Positions 9,917 to 19,183 of a DNA stretch of 64,000 bases are shown piece by piece. Origin of the DNA: a virus. The notes under the pieces were generated by a model that saw nothing but the letters and a program-made list of their open reading frames with translations, was not told the origin of the DNA and did not search any database. The stretch lies in IMG/VR virus record IMGVR_UViG_3300018079_000001, positions 1 to 64,000 of that record. One strand, written 5' to 3'. The translations under genes and the position numbers were made by a program. How positions within the stretch are numbered: the first letter of the stretch is position 1; every line of letters begins with the position of its first letter.

Positions 9917-10351
9917 ATGAGCAAGGGCAATACGTTCGAGTCAGACATCCTCAAGCTGTTCTTCAATGCCACCGCTATCGCGGACTTGGCTCAGGACGAC
10001 ACGACGGGTCCAGCAACCACGATCACCGTCGCGTTGCACACGGCGGACCCGGGTGAGGCGGGCGACCAGACGACGAACGAGACGGCCTACACCGGCTATA
10101 CGCGAATCGCTGTCGCGCGGACAACGGGTGGTTGGTCGGTGACAGGTACCGCTCCTACGGTCGTGAGCCCGGTTGCGAACATCGACTTCCCCGAGTGCAC
10201 GGCGGCGCCAGGTGGAGCAATCACGCACTTTAGCGTCGGTTCGGGCGTCGCGAACAAGCTGATGTACAAAGGTACGGTGACCCCCAACATCACAATGGCG
10301 GTCGGCGTCATCCCAAGGCTCAAGACCACGAGCACCATTTCCGAGGACTAA
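9917..10351 (+). CDS. Putative virion structural protein
   Basis: VALHTADPGEAG.QTTNE.AY.GY.R.AV pattern common in small phage fibre-associated proteins. Confidence 0.65.
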   Translation: MSKGNTFESDILKLFFNATAIADLAQDDTTGPATTITVALHTADPGEAGDQTTNETAYTGYTRIAVARTTGGWSVTGTAPTVVSPVANIDFPECTAAPGGAITHFSVGSGVANKLMYKGTVTPNITMAVGVIPRLKTTSTISED

Positions 10352-10387
10352 TCCCACTAGCATTTCCAAAGTGGAGGCTGTGTTGCA

Positions 10388-12655
10388 GTGCCGCGAAAAC
10401 CCGCGAAGGCTCAGAGTAGCGGTACTGCAACAGTCATCGGGCACGGTGGAAATGCAAAGGACTCTATGGCCCTCGAACACGCGCACGGTACGATCCGATG
10501 GCTAGCCGCTGACGCTGTTAGCACGGTCTACACTGTTAGCGGTCTATCCTTTCAGCCCAAGGCTCTAAGGTTCTACTGGCAGGGTTTAGGTAACGCCACC
10601 GACCAAGCCTCTCAGACAATCCATTCTCGACGCGGAGTTGGATTTTGCACAAGCACTTCCTTGCGCCGCGCAGTTGGGTCTCAAGATCAAGACGCCGCTG
10701 GCACGATGGTGTGTACGTCTGGTCTGCGAAACGATTGTGTAGCTTTTAGTCTCACAAGCACTCCCGCCGCTGACGGCCTTCTAGACATCAATGCAATCAA
10801 CAGCGATGGATTCAGTCTGATAGTTGACGACCAAGGTGTCGTTGACCTTGCGATCCATTGGGAAGCATGGGGCGGTACTGACATCACAGTCGCCACTGTT
10901 ATCGACATCGCTGAGCCCGCCGCCACGGGTGATGTCGATTACACGGTCACGGGGTTTACTTCAGGCGCGACGAATCAGGTTGTCATGTTCGCTGGAGTAC
11001 AATCTACCGCTGCCGCGAATACAGCCACACGCGCGGATAGCGGCCTCTGCGTAGGCTTCGCGGCTGGAATCAACGCTGCTGACAACGTCCACGTTGAAGG
11101 TAATAACGACGATGCCTCGACGACAGCCGATACGGACGGATACTGCAAGACCGGCGAATGTCTCGGCATGATCGCGGTGGCGGGAGGCAATCCGACTGCG
11201 CGAGCGCAGCTTACTCTATTCGGGACCGACAACTTCAGGTTGAACTGGATCGCCCGCGCTACGACGAGTCGCCGCTATATTGCTCTGGCAATCAAAGGTG
11301 GCGGCTGGAAATCGGGGGCGTTGACAATCGACGGCAGCACATTGAACGCCACGGCAACAGTTAGCAGTTTGCCTTTCGCACCCAAGGGTCTATCGCTCAT
11401 GGGCCGCATGTCGATAGAACAAACAGCCGCGACATCGGTGATCGAAGATCGTATGTCTCTTGGCTCGGGCTCGTCAATATCCTCGCGGCGTTGTCAGGGC
11501 ACGTGGTCGGAAGATAACAGCATCACGGGCTCGTCGGTTTGCGAAATTGACTTAGTGCTTGAATACGATCAGGTTCTCGCTTATCCTACAAACGCTGGAG
11601 CGGTGACCGCTGCTAAAGACATTGACTTGATGAACGGAAGCAGTTTCCGTTTGATCGTCGATGCGACCGGCGGTGTGGCAAGCGAGTGGATTGGTTATCT
11701 CACGTTTGGAGACGAGCCCGCAGATATTCAGGAAGGAGACGGGAATTCGGCTGGTGCCGCAGCTTCATCTGTTGTCGGTGCGGCTCTCACTCTAGCAGAC
11801 GGCGACTCTGATGGTGTAGCAATACCGAGCGGCGCGGGTGTTACATTAACTCAAACCACCGCCTCGTCAAGTGGTGCAGCGACCGCGTCAGCCAATAGTG
11901 CTATAGTTATAGCTGGAGACGCTTCTTCTACTGGAACGTCCACAGCCAACGCCCCCGCTAACTCTGTAGCAACAAGCAGCGCAAGTGCAGCGGGTATTGC
12001 GGTAGCGGATGCACCCTCAAGTGCCATCGCTCAGGTTGTGGTGTCAAGTGACGGTGTAGCAACAGGATCGGGTGTCGGCGTGTCGTTCGCTCAGACTACG
12101 GCCGCATCGGCTGGTGTAGCAGTGGGCAACGGCTCGGCGGCTGCTATCGTCACGACAAACGGTAGTTCGGCTGGTGTAGCGGTCGGTGCTGATGTAGGAG
12201 CAGCGATTGCCACCACTGTGTATTCGAGTACAGGTGTGGCGACAGTCCTCGGTGAAGGTGCTAATGGTGCCGAGACCGGGTCTGACTTTGACGCTGACGG
12301 TGTTGCGATCGTGTTGGGTGTTGGGGCCAGCATGACTCAAGCTAACGGGTCGAGCACTGGAACCTCGACAGTAGATGGCCTAACGTCGAGTGTCTTCAAC
12401 GGTGTCGCGAACAGCGCAGGCGTTGCGACTGTTCTTGGTGAGGGTGCTAACGCCGCCGCTGGTGGGATTGTCGAGGCGGTTGCGAACGCGAGCGGAGTCG
12501 CGACTGTCAACGGCATTAGCGACGCTGAGCCAAGCGAGCCGATCGGTCCGACGATCGGTGTGTTCGAGCAGCGAAGCACTTTGGTTGTTCGACCGAGCAC
12601 CAGATTCACAGTGAAATTCAATACTGGTCGGCGTCAAACAGTGAAGCTAGGATAA
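10388..12655 (+). CDS. Fibre-like virion protein (FQPK beta repeats + Ala/Ser/Gly repeat stalk); alternative start 10466
   Basis: GLSFQPKAL and LPFAPKGL repeats; SAGVATV-like repeats. Confidence 0.6.
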   Translation: MPRKPAKAQSSGTATVIGHGGNAKDSMALEHAHGTIRWLAADAVSTVYTVSGLSFQPKALRFYWQGLGNATDQASQTIHSRRGVGFCTSTSLRRAVGSQDQDAAGTMVCTSGLRNDCVAFSLTSTPAADGLLDINAINSDGFSLIVDDQGVVDLAIHWEAWGGTDITVATVIDIAEPAATGDVDYTVTGFTSGATNQVVMFAGVQSTAAANTATRADSGLCVGFAAGINAADNVHVEGNNDDASTTADTDGYCKTGECLGMIAVAGGNPTARAQLTLFGTDNFRLNWIARATTSRRYIALAIKGGGWKSGALTIDGSTLNATATVSSLPFAPKGLSLMGRMSIEQTAATSVIEDRMSLGSGSSISSRRCQGTWSEDNSITGSSVCEIDLVLEYDQVLAYPTNAGAVTAAKDIDLMNGSSFRLIVDATGGVASEWIGYLTFGDEPADIQEGDGNSAGAAASSVVGAALTLADGDSDGVAIPSGAGVTLTQTTASSSGAATASANSAIVIAGDASSTGTSTANAPANSVATSSASAAGIAVADAPSSAIAQVVVSSDGVATGSGVGVSFAQTTAASAGVAVGNGSAAAIVTTNGSSAGVAVGADVGAAIATTVYSSTGVATVLGEGANGAETGSDFDADGVAIVLGVGASMTQANGSSTGTSTVDGLTSSVFNGVANSAGVATVLGEGANAAAGGIVEAVANASGVATVNGISDAEPSEPIGPTIGVFEQRSTLVVRPSTRFTVKFNTGRRQTVKLG

Positions 12656-12666
12656 GGGGAAGATCA

Positions 12667-12993
12667 ATGATACAGTTCTACGCGGCTGAAGTTGGAATCG
12701 ACCTGGTCTTCCTTCTGACAGACTCGAATGGTAAGCCTATTCTCGATATGCCAACCGCCAATTGGCCAAAGCTATTCGTGGAGGGACTTGCTGCGAGTCC
12801 GATCACACTGCTCGCGACCACGACACCGGGAGAGTATCATCACCTTATCCCCGCTGCGCAGTGGCCTGTGTCGGTCGGCGAAGTCATTCACTACTACGAA
12901 GCCTACATTGAATTCAAGAGTTCGGGAAAGACCATCCTGGCCGACGAATTCAAAATCGCAGTCATCAAGGCTCCGACTGTCAGTCTAGCCTAA
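12667..12993 (+). CDS. Hypothetical Ig/BppU-like structural protein
   Basis: Beta-rich; RBS AGGGGA; structural context. Confidence 0.45.
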   Translation: MIQFYAAEVGIDLVFLLTDSNGKPILDMPTANWPKLFVEGLAASPITLLATTTPGEYHHLIPAAQWPVSVGEVIHYYEAYIEFKSSGKTILADEFKIAVIKAPTVSLA

Positions 12994-13005
12994 AGGAGAC
13001 TTATC

Positions 13006-13704
13006 ATGGGTTTTCCGATCATTCAAAGTGTCACTCCGTACTCGTTTCCTGAAAGGTCGAAGTCCCACCCCGTCACGCTGCCTCCTGTGGACGCGGGAGA
13101 CTTACTCGTTGCGTTCTTCGTCAACCACGGCGACACGGAACTAACCAATCCGTTCGGTGGCGGTCCATGGGTGGTCCTGTCGATCAACAACGGGCGGAAC
13201 GTAAGATTCGGTGCGTACTGGAAGAAGGCACTCGCCGAGGACGCGGGAGCAGTGGTTGACTTCTCGACGTACGCCGCTGCCAAGGCTGCGGCACAGGTAT
13301 ACCGCGTGAAGGGGTGGCGCGATAGCGGGGTCATCTTCAAGGATGTCAACATCACGCACAATCAGTCAATTCCGACTGTCACGCCTGACCCCGGCCCGCT
13401 GTATCTGTGGAGTTGGGGTTTGGAGGATACACTCTGGATCGCGGCGTACGGAGCAGACGGAGACGAGGAAGTTATGGAGTACCCTGTCGATGACGACGGA
13501 GTCGCTTACGAGGATGGCCTCTACGTGGAGAGCGATCACTCGCAAACGTCGTGTTCGATGGCAACGGCTCACAGGAATCGTGTGGTGCTTGTGGAAGACC
13601 CGGGCGGGACTTTTCCGGTGGTTCCTCCAGTTCACCCCTTCAAGACGACGGGCGCGCAGGCGTGGGTCGCGTTTACTATGGGAATCCGACCGACAATCAT
13701 CTAA
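13006..13704 (+). CDS. Putative virion fibre/adhesin-like protein
   Basis: VTLP.V.AGDLLV, YWKKA beta-sandwich pattern; RBS AGGAG. Confidence 0.55.
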   Translation: MGFPIIQSVTPYSFPERSKSHPVTLPPVDAGDLLVAFFVNHGDTELTNPFGGGPWVVLSINNGRNVRFGAYWKKALAEDAGAVVDFSTYAAAKAAAQVYRVKGWRDSGVIFKDVNITHNQSIPTVTPDPGPLYLWSWGLEDTLWIAAYGADGDEEVMEYPVDDDGVAYEDGLYVESDHSQTSCSMATAHRNRVVLVEDPGGTFPVVPPVHPFKTTGAQAWVAFTMGIRPTII

Positions 13705-15045
13705 ATGCAAACAGCAGTCGGCAGTTTTGCGATTGGGGTAGGAGGCGTTGGCACAACCGTCACGGTTAGTGGTCTGCCATTTCAACCCAAGGCTGTCATC
13801 TTCTCGTGGTCTGGCCGCACGGCGGTAGGCCAGGCCGAGGCGGATCACAAGATGGGCGCGGGCTTCATGGTGAACGCCACCGAGCGAGGCGGCTCGGCGA
13901 CGGCCAGCATCAACGGGTTCGACATCACAGGCGCCAAGAATCGCTCGTTCTCCGACGCGTGTATCAAGATCATCGAGGCGTTCACTAACACAGTCGAAGG
14001 CGCAGCCGATTTCGACGCGTTCCTGTCTGATGGTTTCCGCGTCATAATCGACGATCAGTTCCCCGTGAGTTTCCTGATTAACTACATCGCGATCGGCGGC
14101 GCCGACCTGACGAACGTCAAGGCAATCACGATAACGCCTCCGGACGTTGACGGCGATCAGGACACGACGACCGTTGGATTCAAGCCCGACTGCGCGATGT
14201 TTTTCGGAGGGGCGGAAGTGACGACCAGTGGAAGCGGCTTGGGTTTTGGCGTGGCTGCACAGGACCCACCCGTGAACGCCGTCTTGGTGGGCAACGCGCG
14301 TGACGGTTTCACGACGACGGAGACGAAGTCTTACTGCCGGTTGGGCGACGAGTGCACAGCGGGGCGCCCAAACCCGGCAACGTTTGACATGCTGCGTCGG
14401 GGCAAGGTGACGAGTTGGCTGAGCAACGGCTTCCGCATGGCCTGGCTGGACACGTCTGTTCTTCAGCCAAATATTCAAGTTCTCTGCCTGAAGGGCGGCA
14501 CGTACGCGGTCGGCGACCTGCTGACGCGGACGGACGGGACGCCGTTCAGCGAGATGGGCCTGCCGTTCGAGCCGCGAGGGCTGATCTTCGCGTCGCACAA
14601 CAAGGCGCAGAGCGCGGCTGATACCGCTCAGGCTCTCGACGAGCGGTCCATTGGATTCGTTGCAAGTGCCACGCAGAGAAACTACGTCGGCGTACTTGAC
14701 AAGGATGCGATTCAGGTTGACCCAGGCCCCGGGGTGACCGAGGTTGGTGTAGCACATAATACAAACGAGTGTTATGTCAATCAGAGCACCGCCGCGACCA
14801 TCATCATCGAAGGATTGATGGATCTAACGTCGATGAACGCCGATGGTTTCACAGTCGTTATGAACGATCCGGACCCGGTGTCGTCCTTTGTGTGGTATCT
14901 TGCGATGGGTGACGGAGTTGTGGACGTAGGGGGGGGGGTTTCATCCAAACCAAAACAAAAACCGTCATCAGGTGCTTTGTGGGCTGCTATTCGTGAGCAA
15001 CTTCGCAGTGAACCAAAGAAGTATAAAAGACCTATGATTTTATGA
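13705..15045 (+). CDS. Fibre-like virion protein, paralog of the 10388 N-terminal region
   Basis: TVSGLPFQPKA, GFKPD, LPFEPRGL, DGF repeats. Confidence 0.6.
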   Translation: MQTAVGSFAIGVGGVGTTVTVSGLPFQPKAVIFSWSGRTAVGQAEADHKMGAGFMVNATERGGSATASINGFDITGAKNRSFSDACIKIIEAFTNTVEGAADFDAFLSDGFRVIIDDQFPVSFLINYIAIGGADLTNVKAITITPPDVDGDQDTTTVGFKPDCAMFFGGAEVTTSGSGLGFGVAAQDPPVNAVLVGNARDGFTTTETKSYCRLGDECTAGRPNPATFDMLRRGKVTSWLSNGFRMAWLDTSVLQPNIQVLCLKGGTYAVGDLLTRTDGTPFSEMGLPFEPRGLIFASHNKAQSAADTAQALDERSIGFVASATQRNYVGVLDKDAIQVDPGPGVTEVGVAHNTNECYVNQSTAATIIIEGLMDLTSMNADGFTVVMNDPDPVSSFVWYLAMGDGVVDVGGGVSSKPKQKPSSGALWAAIREQLRSEPKKYKRPMIL

Positions 15046-15869
15046 TTCCAAGCACCTACTGCGTAAGTAAACGCCACAAAGTGCTTTGGGCGACCATGAA
15101 CTTCCTGGCCGAGCGGGACAGGTGCGGCATCCGCACAAAGAAGTGGGATCGCCCTGTGATCAAGGAAACGGTGGACCGCCGCAAGCTGATCCTTGAACAC
15201 AACGCAGCCGACGTGTTCGCGGACGTATTCGATCGCCAGCGGAACGCCGTGCTTGACGTGTACCCATCGAAGCGGCGCATGAGCGAGGCCCTGCAAGAGA
15301 CGCGCGAAGCCTTAGAGCAGGCGTACTGGAAAGTGTACCTCGACACCGCGTCAAGCTACGGTCCGTGGGCGGCTCGGCACCTGGACGCGACGATGAAGGC
15401 TCCCGATCCGTTCCGTGATCCGATGGTGAACTGGCTTCGTGGCAACGCAGCGAGTCGCGTGGCAGACATCAACAAGACGACACGTGATCGGTTGCAGGTT
15501 ATCCTGGCCGAGGCGACCGAAGAGGGCGATAGCCTGCAAGAGACTGCGAGCCGGATCGACGATCTGTTCCTCGACGAGATCATTCCCAACCGAAGCATGG
15601 TGATCGCGCGGACCGAAGTCGGTAATGCGGCTAACTTCGCGGCGCACGAAGCGGCACAGGCGACGGGCGTGCCGATGGAAAAGACCTGGAACACACTCGG
15701 CGATCCGTTCGTGCGCGATATTCACGCGGACGCAGACGGGCAGACAGTCGAGATCAATCAGGACTTCACCGTGGGTGGCGAGTTCCTGGGCTGGCCAGGA
15801 GACATCAGTAAGGGAGCGAGTGCTGGCAACGTCATAAACTGCCGGTGCTTCTTGACGTACGACGTATGA
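15042..15869 (+). CDS. Phage head morphogenesis protein (MuF / SPP1 gp7 family)
   Basis: IN.TTR, RSMVIARTE...A.N, KTW...D..VR..H...DGQ, VINCRC. Confidence 0.92.
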   Translation: MIPSTYCVSKRHKVLWATMNFLAERDRCGIRTKKWDRPVIKETVDRRKLILEHNAADVFADVFDRQRNAVLDVYPSKRRMSEALQETREALEQAYWKVYLDTASSYGPWAARHLDATMKAPDPFRDPMVNWLRGNAASRVADINKTTRDRLQVILAEATEEGDSLQETASRIDDLFLDEIIPNRSMVIARTEVGNAANFAAHEAAQATGVPMEKTWNTLGDPFVRDIHADADGQTVEINQDFTVGGEFLGWPGDISKGASAGNVINCRCFLTYDV

Positions 15870-18800
15870 TCTACAATCGTACCCCGGACTACGTGATCAA
15901 GACCGCGCTCGACAAGAGCGACGGAATCATGGTGGCACTCAAGGTGCCCACCGACGCTGCCCGTCTGCTCGCGCTCGAAGGTGGACAGCCGCCAGAGGAC
16001 TTGCACCTGACACTCGCTTACCTTGGCAAGCGTGACGAGTTCACGCCTGAGCAATTGGGTACGCTACACGACATTGTCGGAGCCATAGCGCGCACAAGTC
16101 AGCCTGTCGAGACGCAAGTTCGCGGGTATGACGTGTTCCCCGACACCGACGACGGTCCGTGCCTATACGCGACGGTGGACACGACGCAATCGCTCCTGGA
16201 CCTGCAAGAGACGGTCGTCGAGGCTGTGTCGTCCTATGGCATGCCGCCACAGGGCAAAGGACAAAGCAACGGGCGGTGGATTCCCCATATCACTCTGGCG
16301 TACCGGGAGAGTGCTTCCCCGCCTGACGTGCCGCCTGTATCTGACCTGACTTTCGATTGGCTTCGCGTCGCGCTAGGCAGCACCGAGGCACTGATGCGTC
16401 TGAAGAAGTTCGAGGGCGCCATTGCGGCGCAGCCGGAACTGAAGCGGCCAGAGGACACGAAGGAAGAGAACTTCCTGAAGGGCGCAACGACCACGAGCAC
16501 CATGGACAGCGGCGGGCGCATCGCACCGGGCCAGGGCAGGTTCCGCCGCATCAAGGACAGCGGCGGGCTCACGGCACCCACGGACGGTGGTGAAGTTAAC
16601 CCGTTACACTTGGTGCCGCGCCGGCCGAAGCGCACGGGTGAGGGCACCGAGGCGTACACGGCATCGAACGAGATATACACACCGACGCCCGGCCTCATGA
16701 AAACCATCACGAAGGTAGGCAAGGCGGTCGCGATCGACTTCGATGGTACGATAACGCTCGACGAGAAGGGCACCGAGAATCCGAAGATGCGGCGGCTGGT
16801 AGACATGCTCCTAAGCAACGGGGTCCGTGTGGTGATCTTCACCGCGCGCCCCGGCGCCGAAGTTCACGCGTGGCTGCGCGAGCATGCCTGGCCGTCGCTC
16901 GAAGTGACAGATCGCAAGTCACCTGATTTCGCTGTGTACCTGGACGATCGAGCCGTGGGTTTCTCCCCGGACAAGGTTGGACAAGGGCTTGCGCAGGAGT
17001 TGGCCGAATTCAAGACATGGTGGGAAAAGAGTGCGAGCGACATGGGTGCACAGCCAGAGACGCGCGATCGTCTGGCGAAGCTGCCGGCCGTGGCGATCAC
17101 GAACGCCGAAAATAACACCGCTGAATGGAACGAAGCCATGCACCCGCGTACGGCTGCGGGTACCGCTGAGGGCGGTCAGTTTGCGGCTGCGGGCGGTGGC
17201 AATGCTGCTACACCGGCTGATGCGCCGAAGGGCGATGCCGACCAGGAACACCGCGCACAGCGGGCGCGTGAGTGGAACAAGCAACATCCTGACGATCAGG
17301 TGCCGATACCTGGCGACAAGCCGAAGACTCCTACTGAAGATCAGGCAAGACAAGCGGCGCAGCATCAGTGGCGCGAGGGTAACCCCGAGCGAGCAGCCGC
17401 CGCTGATCGGTGGAACGCTGAGCATCCGGGTGAAGAGCCCGCGAAGCCGGGCGGCACGGCCAGGACTGACCGTACCGACGAAGCTGCGGCGTGGGTCTTG
17501 GCACATCAAGGAGTACCGGGAGCATTTGCTGACGATTGGGCGAAGCCCGCACAGGTAGGCGACACGTTGCCGGGCGGTGGACGTGTGCAGCCGGGCGACT
17601 TGGGCACAGAAGAGAACAAGCCACTGGCCCCTGGTTTGCCAACCGATCAGTTGGGCAAGGAACCGCGCGTGGGGATGCCGGGCGGCGGTACGACGCCGAC
17701 ACCGGAGTCTGTGCCTGGCACCCCGCCGACGCCTGAGTCGTGGGGTGATCTGAACGCCGATCAGCAGGACAAAGCGCTCGTCGCCTGGAAGAATGCAGCG
17801 CGTGATGACTTCATGCAGATGGAACGAGAGGGTTGGGAGGAAGACGAATCCAACTTCGAGCACGTGCCGAAGGACTTGCAGGGCAATCCGGAGTGGAACG
17901 AACAAGCGCTCAAGGACATCAACAACGGGTTCTATCCGGGCGATCCTGTCGAGGGTCTTGACGACCAGGGCGGCGGAACACCGGCCGCACATGCTGAGCA
18001 AGAGCGACGCATTGCTGAGTGGCGTGATAGCTTCGCGATTGACGACTCGATCAAGGCAGGCGCGTTCTCTGTGGATACTGGTGCGGTGGGCGCACTCGAA
18101 GTCAATACCGACTTGCTTGTGTTCAAGGACAATCCGTACACCGAAGACTCGGGACAGCAGATGCTCCCCGGCATCGACCGTGAGATGATGTACAAAGAGT
18201 TCAACAAGCAGAAGTGGGCCACAGTCAAGTCTGATTTCGAGGAGAGGTATAAGGAAGCGTTCGACACGGAAGTCGAGAAGCGCGTTGACATGATCAAGGA
18301 GAATCCGCCCACGTTTGACGTGAACGAGCGGATGGGTGACTATTGGGACGAGATGGACGACAAAGAGAAGTTCAAGCAGGCGCAGGAGCATCTGCCTAGT
18401 AGCGATCTGCGTGGTGGTGGTACAAGCAGTGAAGGTAGTCAGGGCGAGGGCGAAAAGGGAACAGTTGGACCAGACAAAGAATACGACACGAAAGAACAGA
18501 AAACAATTCAGAGTAAGAAACCAACAACTAAGAAAAATCTCGGTGGTGGTGTCAGCGAATCAAAGGTAGTCACAATGGCTGACGGTTCAAAGTACGTGTG
18601 GAAACCTTCTACTGGAGAGGCCAATGTCCGTGACGGTATCAATGCTGGTGTACAGTACCAGCGAGAAGTTGCGGCTTACGATATCGGACGCATCGTCGGG
18701 ATGAAAAACTTTATGCCAGTTGCGTCCATCTTCAAGTATGAAGGCAATTACGGTACAATGATGGAGATGATTCCGGACGCCGACAACGACGGTAAGAGCG

Positions 18801-19183
18801 GGGATGATGACTTCGCTGATAGTGCTTTGCGAGGTACATTCTTTGATTTCATTATCGGCAACACTGACCGCCACGGTGGAAACTGGATGTCCGACGACGA
18901 TGGCAAATTGTGGTTGATTGATAACGGGTTGTCTTTCTCTGAAGACAAAGCCGAAACAGCACGTTTCGGTATGTGGAGTAAAGTCGATCACGGTGCAGGC
19001 GAAGATGATGAAATTCCCGAATCAATAAAGAAGCCGTGGAAGGGGAAATGGTCGAAGATCAAGGAAGCAATGGAGCGGCGCAAGATCAGTACAAAAGCAA
19101 TGAGGTACGTCGAAGAGCGTTATAAAAAAGCCATAGAAGATGGCGTGACGTGGAAAGACTTGGGCGTGGAGGGGGCATTTTGA
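15866..19183 (+). CDS. Head-associated polyprotein 1: 2H phosphoesterase + HAD-like phosphatase + HPR motif + shared helical domain + C-terminal PI3/4-kinase/HipA-like kinase
   Basis: LHLTLAY/PHITLAY; AIDFDGT..IFTAR..YLDDRA; WNEAMHPR..GGQF; KYVWKP..REVAAY..FDFIIGNTDRHGGN..LIDNGLSF. Confidence 0.85.
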   Translation: MIYNRTPDYVIKTALDKSDGIMVALKVPTDAARLLALEGGQPPEDLHLTLAYLGKRDEFTPEQLGTLHDIVGAIARTSQPVETQVRGYDVFPDTDDGPCLYATVDTTQSLLDLQETVVEAVSSYGMPPQGKGQSNGRWIPHITLAYRESASPPDVPPVSDLTFDWLRVALGSTEALMRLKKFEGAIAAQPELKRPEDTKEENFLKGATTTSTMDSGGRIAPGQGRFRRIKDSGGLTAPTDGGEVNPLHLVPRRPKRTGEGTEAYTASNEIYTPTPGLMKTITKVGKAVAIDFDGTITLDEKGTENPKMRRLVDMLLSNGVRVVIFTARPGAEVHAWLREHAWPSLEVTDRKSPDFAVYLDDRAVGFSPDKVGQGLAQELAEFKTWWEKSASDMGAQPETRDRLAKLPAVAITNAENNTAEWNEAMHPRTAAGTAEGGQFAAAGGGNAATPADAPKGDADQEHRAQRAREWNKQHPDDQVPIPGDKPKTPTEDQARQAAQHQWREGNPERAAAADRWNAEHPGEEPAKPGGTARTDRTDEAAAWVLAHQGVPGAFADDWAKPAQVGDTLPGGGRVQPGDLGTEENKPLAPGLPTDQLGKEPRVGMPGGGTTPTPESVPGTPPTPESWGDLNADQQDKALVAWKNAARDDFMQMEREGWEEDESNFEHVPKDLQGNPEWNEQALKDINNGFYPGDPVEGLDDQGGGTPAAHAEQERRIAEWRDSFAIDDSIKAGAFSVDTGAVGALEVNTDLLVFKDNPYTEDSGQQMLPGIDREMMYKEFNKQKWATVKSDFEERYKEAFDTEVEKRVDMIKENPPTFDVNERMGDYWDEMDDKEKFKQAQEHLPSSDLRGGGTSSEGSQGEGEKGTVGPDKEYDTKEQKTIQSKKPTTKKNLGGGVSESKVVTMADGSKYVWKPSTGEANVRDGINAGVQYQREVAAYDIGRIVGMKNFMPVASIFKYEGNYGTMMEMIPDADNDGKSGDDDFADSALRGTFFDFIIGNTDRHGGNWMSDDDGKLWLIDNGLSFSEDKAETARFGMWSKVDHGAGEDDEIPESIKKPWKGKWSKIKEAMERRKISTKAMRYVEERYKKAIEDGVTWKDLGVEGAF

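Noticed and set aside
14929-14938. G10 tract as a phase-variable fusion of the 13705 gene to MuF
   Set aside because: The MuF frame has a TGA at 14994, so slippage cannot fuse the genes; it would only alter a short tail.
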